From NCBI GenBank assembly GCA_963769935.1, contig CAVYNY010000022.1, positions 160,001 to 224,000 on the forward strand: DNA of 64,000 nt, written 5' to 3'. The translations under genes were made by a program, and so were the position numbers. Of the stretch, positions 60,295 to 64,000 are shown piece after piece (within the stretch, counting starts at the first letter, position 1; the number at the start of each line of letters is the position of its first letter). Below the pieces are notes generated by a model, which worked only from the letters and a program-made list of their open reading frames with translations, searched no databases and was not told the origin of the DNA. This DNA comes from an uncultured delta proteobacterium (GTDB taxonomy: Bacteria > Desulfobacterota > Desulfobacteria > Desulfobacterales > JAFDCJ01).

Positions 60295-61071
60295 ATGAAA
60301 ATCTACGTCTGCGTGAAACACGTGCCGGATTCGGCGGCGAACATCAGGATAGTTGGAAGCAACCAAATCGATGAGTCGGTTACCTTCCTGATGAATCCCT
60401 ATGATGAGCATGCTATTGAGGAGGCCGCCAGGCTTAAAGAAAAGGTGGGTGAGGCGGAAGTCATCGCCGTTTCTCTCGGAAAAGCAGGCGCCGTAAATAC
60501 CATTCAATCCGCGCTGGCCATGGGGGCGGATCGGGGTATATTGATCACGACCGATCGGATTCCGGACAGCCTGGTAACTGCCAGGGCGCTGAAGGCGGCT
60601 ATCGAGCAGGACGGCCGGCCGGACATCATTTTTACCGGCAAAGAATCCATTGACAGCGAAGGGTTTCAAACCATGTACCGGCTGGCGGCTGCCATGGATA
60701 TGCCGGCAGCCTCCGGCGTTGAGGCCTTTTCCCTTGAGCAGAGCAGGGTCATTGTTGAATGTGAGCTGGAAGCCGGTGCACGAGAGGTGGTCGAAATGCC
60801 GCTTCCCTGTGTTATCGGATGCGGCAAAGGATTGAACAAGCCGAGGTATCCGACCTTGCCGGCGATAATAAAAGCCCGCAAAAAAGAGGTGAATCAAATC
60901 GAGCTGCAATCTTTGGAAATAGAGCAGCCGGCCGGCAGCATCGAGATCCTTGCGTTGAAACCGGCCGTTGAAGAGCGCCGGCCGCAGGAATTGAAGGGCT
61001 CGCCGGAAGAAGTTGCCGGTGAAATTGTTCGCATACTGAAAGAAGAAGCTAAAGTAATAAACGAGCGGTAA
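60295..61071 (+). CDS. etfB: Electron transfer flavoprotein beta subunit
   Basis: MKIYVCVKHVPD, MNPYDEHAIEEA, ALAMGADRG, PRYPTL. Confidence 0.93.
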   Translation: MKIYVCVKHVPDSAANIRIVGSNQIDESVTFLMNPYDEHAIEEAARLKEKVGEAEVIAVSLGKAGAVNTIQSALAMGADRGILITTDRIPDSLVTARALKAAIEQDGRPDIIFTGKESIDSEGFQTMYRLAAAMDMPAASGVEAFSLEQSRVIVECELEAGAREVVEMPLPCVIGCGKGLNKPRYPTLPAIIKARKKEVNQIELQSLEIEQPAGSIEILALKPAVEERRPQELKGSPEEVAGEIVRILKEEAKVINER

Positions 61072-61181
61072 GAATTGAGGTCGGTTGCAAGTTGTCAGTT
61101 GTTTGTTGTCTGTTGTCTAAACTTACACTTCGAATTGCTAACTTTTTATCTTATTCCAATTCCTCCAAATGAGTGTGAATC

Positions 61182-62135
61182 GTGGAAAAAATCGGAATTA
61201 TTATCGAAACCAAAAACGGTGAGATCAAAAAAACGAACTTTGGCGTCATTACGGCCGCGCGAGGTGACGGGCATGAACTCTACGCCCTTTTGCTGGACGA
61301 GATTAGATCCGATTACAGGGATGCGCTCGCAGCGCACGGTGTTCATAAAATTGTCGAGATTACCTCCGAACAAGGACCCCTTCAATGGAACCCGGTTGTC
61401 TGGTCCAAGGCCCTTATCCACGCCATGGAACACTTCGGCATCAACACCCTGCTGGGTCTTACCAGCGCCCAGGGCAAGGAATTGCTGCCCCGAATTGCCG
61501 CCCGGCTGGATGCACCGCTGGTCATGGACTGCGTTGCCGTGAACCTGGCCGGACACACCGTTGAAAAATCCCAGTATTCCGGCAGGACGATTGCCACCAT
61601 TAAAGCGCGCGGATCTCATTTCATTTTCGGCCTTCGGCCCAATGTCATCGTACCGCAACCTGCCGCCGGCACGGCGGAGGTGATTTCCTTTAAAACCATT
61701 GCGGAAAGCAAAAGACTCAAGGTTAGGGAAATAAAGCGGACCGGAGCCGGCGGTATTGATCTAACCGAAGCAGATGTCATTATTTCCGGCGGCCGGGGCA
61801 TGGAAAATTCAGAGAATTTCAATATTCTCAGAGAATGTGCCGCGCAGATCGGCGCGGCGGTAGGCGCATCGCGGGTGGCGGTCGACGCCGGCTGGGTGCC
61901 GCATTCCATGCAGGTGGGACAGACCGGGGCAACCGTCAGCCCTAAAGTTTACATTGCATGCGGGATTTCAGGATCGGTGCAGCATTTTGCCGGCATGAAA
62001 ACCTCAGGTATGATTATCGCCATCAATACGGATCCGGAAGCGGCGATCACCCAACGCTGTGATTACTATGCTGTCGCGGATCTATTCGATATTGTTCCGC
62101 TGCTTACCGGCAAACTCAAAGCCCAACTGGGCTAG
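61182..62135 (+). CDS. etfA: Electron transfer flavoprotein alpha subunit
   Basis: ISGGRG, GASRVAVDAGW, QVGQTG, GISGSVQH. Confidence 0.93.
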   Translation: MEKIGIIIETKNGEIKKTNFGVITAARGDGHELYALLLDEIRSDYRDALAAHGVHKIVEITSEQGPLQWNPVVWSKALIHAMEHFGINTLLGLTSAQGKELLPRIAARLDAPLVMDCVAVNLAGHTVEKSQYSGRTIATIKARGSHFIFGLRPNVIVPQPAAGTAEVISFKTIAESKRLKVREIKRTGAGGIDLTEADVIISGGRGMENSENFNILRECAAQIGAAVGASRVAVDAGWVPHSMQVGQTGATVSPKVYIACGISGSVQHFAGMKTSGMIIAINTDPEAAITQRCDYYAVADLFDIVPLLTGKLKAQLG

Positions 62136-62401
62136 CAGTAAATTAATTTTCTGAATACACTTGGCGCCGGTAGCTCTGAAACGTCCTGCATATCCCATTG
62201 ACGGCTATTTGCGGTTTGAAGGTATAAGTTTACACTCTACAATTTTCAGTACCCCTGTTTTGCAGAGACTCATATCAGAAGATTGGCCTAACCTGTCATC
62301 TGTTGTGGATATCTTAGGGTTCTGACGTCAAAAACAACAAAGGCGAAAATACCGGCATGAAATGAGTCAAAAACAGATTCCATTATAGTTTAGTCAATAT
62401 A

Positions 62402-62834
62402 TCAATACCCGTTCCCTAACACCCGTCCCAGACCGGCTGCCCGATGGTCGGCGTGGGCCACATAAACGTTTTCGAAACGAAGATTGGCGGGATCCATGGA
62501 CAAAACGACATCGGGACGGTACTGACGAAGCACGTGGACGAGCATCTTCCTAAATTCCCGATTATTTTCGAGTTCTCCGTCCTTTAAACGAAGAAAGATA
62601 ACCTTTCGAACCCCAACGATCTTCGCTGCAGCCAATTGCTCTTTTTTTTATTGCGGCAATCGACTCCGGCGCCATCGGAAGATCCGTCCCCTTGTCTCCG
62701 CTCGTGCAGATGACATAGGTAATGTCCATTCCCATTCGACTCCATTTGGCGATTGTCCCGCTGCACCCAAAATCCACGTCATCAGGATGGGGGCTGATCA
62801 CCATCACCCGCTCTGACCCTTCCAGATTTTCCAT
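62402..62834 (-). pseudogene. PIG-L-family deacetylase, frameshifted near 62645 and 3'-truncated
   Basis: SPHPDD, TSGDKG, HADH, then similarity ends. Confidence 0.8.
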
Positions 62835-63107
62835 GTAAACCTCTTAAGGAGTGTTCAAACCAAATCTTTGGCTCACCTTCAATCATGCCAAAACTGCCCG
62901 ATTAAGACCGTTTTAGAGGTGTTTTTATGCCTTTCAGCCGCGCTGTCGATTGCTTAGCGTGGCCTGACCCAAGCCACAGTATGCGGAAGATGGAGCAGCC
63001 TCTTGATTAGTGATTATAGATAACCGATTAATCACTGATAAAGATTGGATACCCGGATCGGGTCGGAGCGTCGCCGATTTTGAAGTCTGACGGAACAGTC
63101 CGTTTGG

Positions 63108-64000
63108 TTATACCGTTACAACAATTTTACCGATTTGCTGATTGGACTCCATGAAGCGATGCGCCTCGACGATTTCCGCTAAAGGGAATGTCCGTGCGAT
63201 GATCGGTTTCAAGGCACCTGATGACAGGCCATCGTAGACGAATTTCTTGCCGCGGGCCATCTTTGCGGGATCCGAAGCGATTTCGAACAAGGTGTAGCCC
63301 CGGACGCTCAGGCCTTTCCCGATTGCTTGAGACAACGGAAAAGGGGTCGGGGCCAGCGAAAGCGCACCGTATTGAAAAATGACGGCACCTTGCGCGGCGG
63401 CATCGGCAAGCTTTTCCAGCAAAGGTCCGGCCACCGGATCGAAAATGATGGCGGCGCCTTTGCCGCCGGTGATGTCTTTCATTCTGGCGGCAACATCCTC
63501 ATTGTCGGTTACAATGACGTGGTCAGCTCCGGCCTCGAGAAGAGACTCTTTTTTCCGGTCGCCGCGCGTCGCCGCGACAGCAACAGCCCCGCAGGACTTG
63601 ACGATCTGAATGGCGGCCAGCCCAACGCTGCTGCTGGCAGCTGTAATCAACACGATATCCCCTTTCTTCACCCGGCCGTATTCGACCAGGGCACCGAATG
63701 CGGTCATGTACTGCATCCAGATGGCTGCGCCTTCGACCACCGAAAGGGTATCGGGGTATCGGGCCACGGCGTAAGCGGGAACAATGGCGCTTTCTCCATA
63801 GACACCGTATTTACCAATGGAAAATGAAGGGATCGTGCTCACCCGGTCACCGACTTGAATGCCGCCTACCTCCGGTCCTACGGCGTCGACAATGCCGGCG
63901 GCTTCGTATCCGAGTCTCGACGGAAATACCGCCGCCTCAAGATACACTCCCTGTCGAAACATTACCTCGGCGCGGTTGATGCCGAAAGCCTCCACCTTGA
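63108..64000 (-). CDS. MDR-family NADPH:quinone oxidoreductase-like protein (5' end outside window)
   Basis: GINRAE, LGYEAAG, ITAASSSVG, HRFMESNQQIGKIVV. Confidence 0.9.
   Translation of the reverse strand, partial: KVEAFGINRAEVMFRQGVYLEAAVFPSRLGYEAAGIVDAVGPEVGGIQVGDRVSTIPSFSIGKYGVYGESAIVPAYAVARYPDTLSVVEGAAIWMQYMTAFGALVEYGRVKKGDIVLITAASSSVGLAAIQIVKSCGAVAVAATRGDRKKESLLEAGADHVIVTDNEDVAARMKDITGGKGAAIIFDPVAGPLLEKLADAAAQGAVIFQYGALSLAPTPFPLSQAIGKGLSVRGYTLFEIASDPAKMARGKKFVYDGLSSGALKPIIARTFPLAEIVEAHRFMESNQQIGKIVVTV

Overview
Bacterial chromosomal window whose gene content and intergenic repeats suggest a Desulfobacterales-type deltaproteobacterium (inference). Single-base frameshifts in several otherwise intact genes look like long-read indel errors. 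Four zones: (1) 247-5080, an AT-rich decayed island between two copies of a tRNA-Leu 3' end, holding toxin-antitoxin, pentapeptide, PilZ and IHF genes plus AbiEi and integrase fragments. (2) 5163-14246, the best candidate for an undescribed system: a co-oriented minus-strand locus XRE-HTH, ImmA/IrrE metallopeptidase, Cys-containing hypothetical, Ycf46-type AAA+ ATPase, Zn-ribbon SNF2 helicase, multi-Zn-finger protein, small protein ending in Cys-Gly, DUF1257 and DUF2997, with a palindrome TGTTCG-N7-CGAACA upstream of both the XRE gene and the hypothetical gene. (3) 14.8-30.5 kb, housekeeping and signalling genes (aminotransferase, hybrid kinase, ArgE-like, PilZ/HEAT protein, argB, argS, pyrB). 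(4) 31-64 kb, a nitrogen-compound catabolic region (deacetylase, ABC, three SDRs, amidinotransferase, TRAP, polyamine-type ABC, sarcosine-oxidase-like soxBDAG, a second FAD oxidoreductase, ETF). Intergenic DNA is crowded with MITE-like, REP-like and inverted short-tandem-repeat elements. No CRISPR array, rRNA or intact tRNA was seen.
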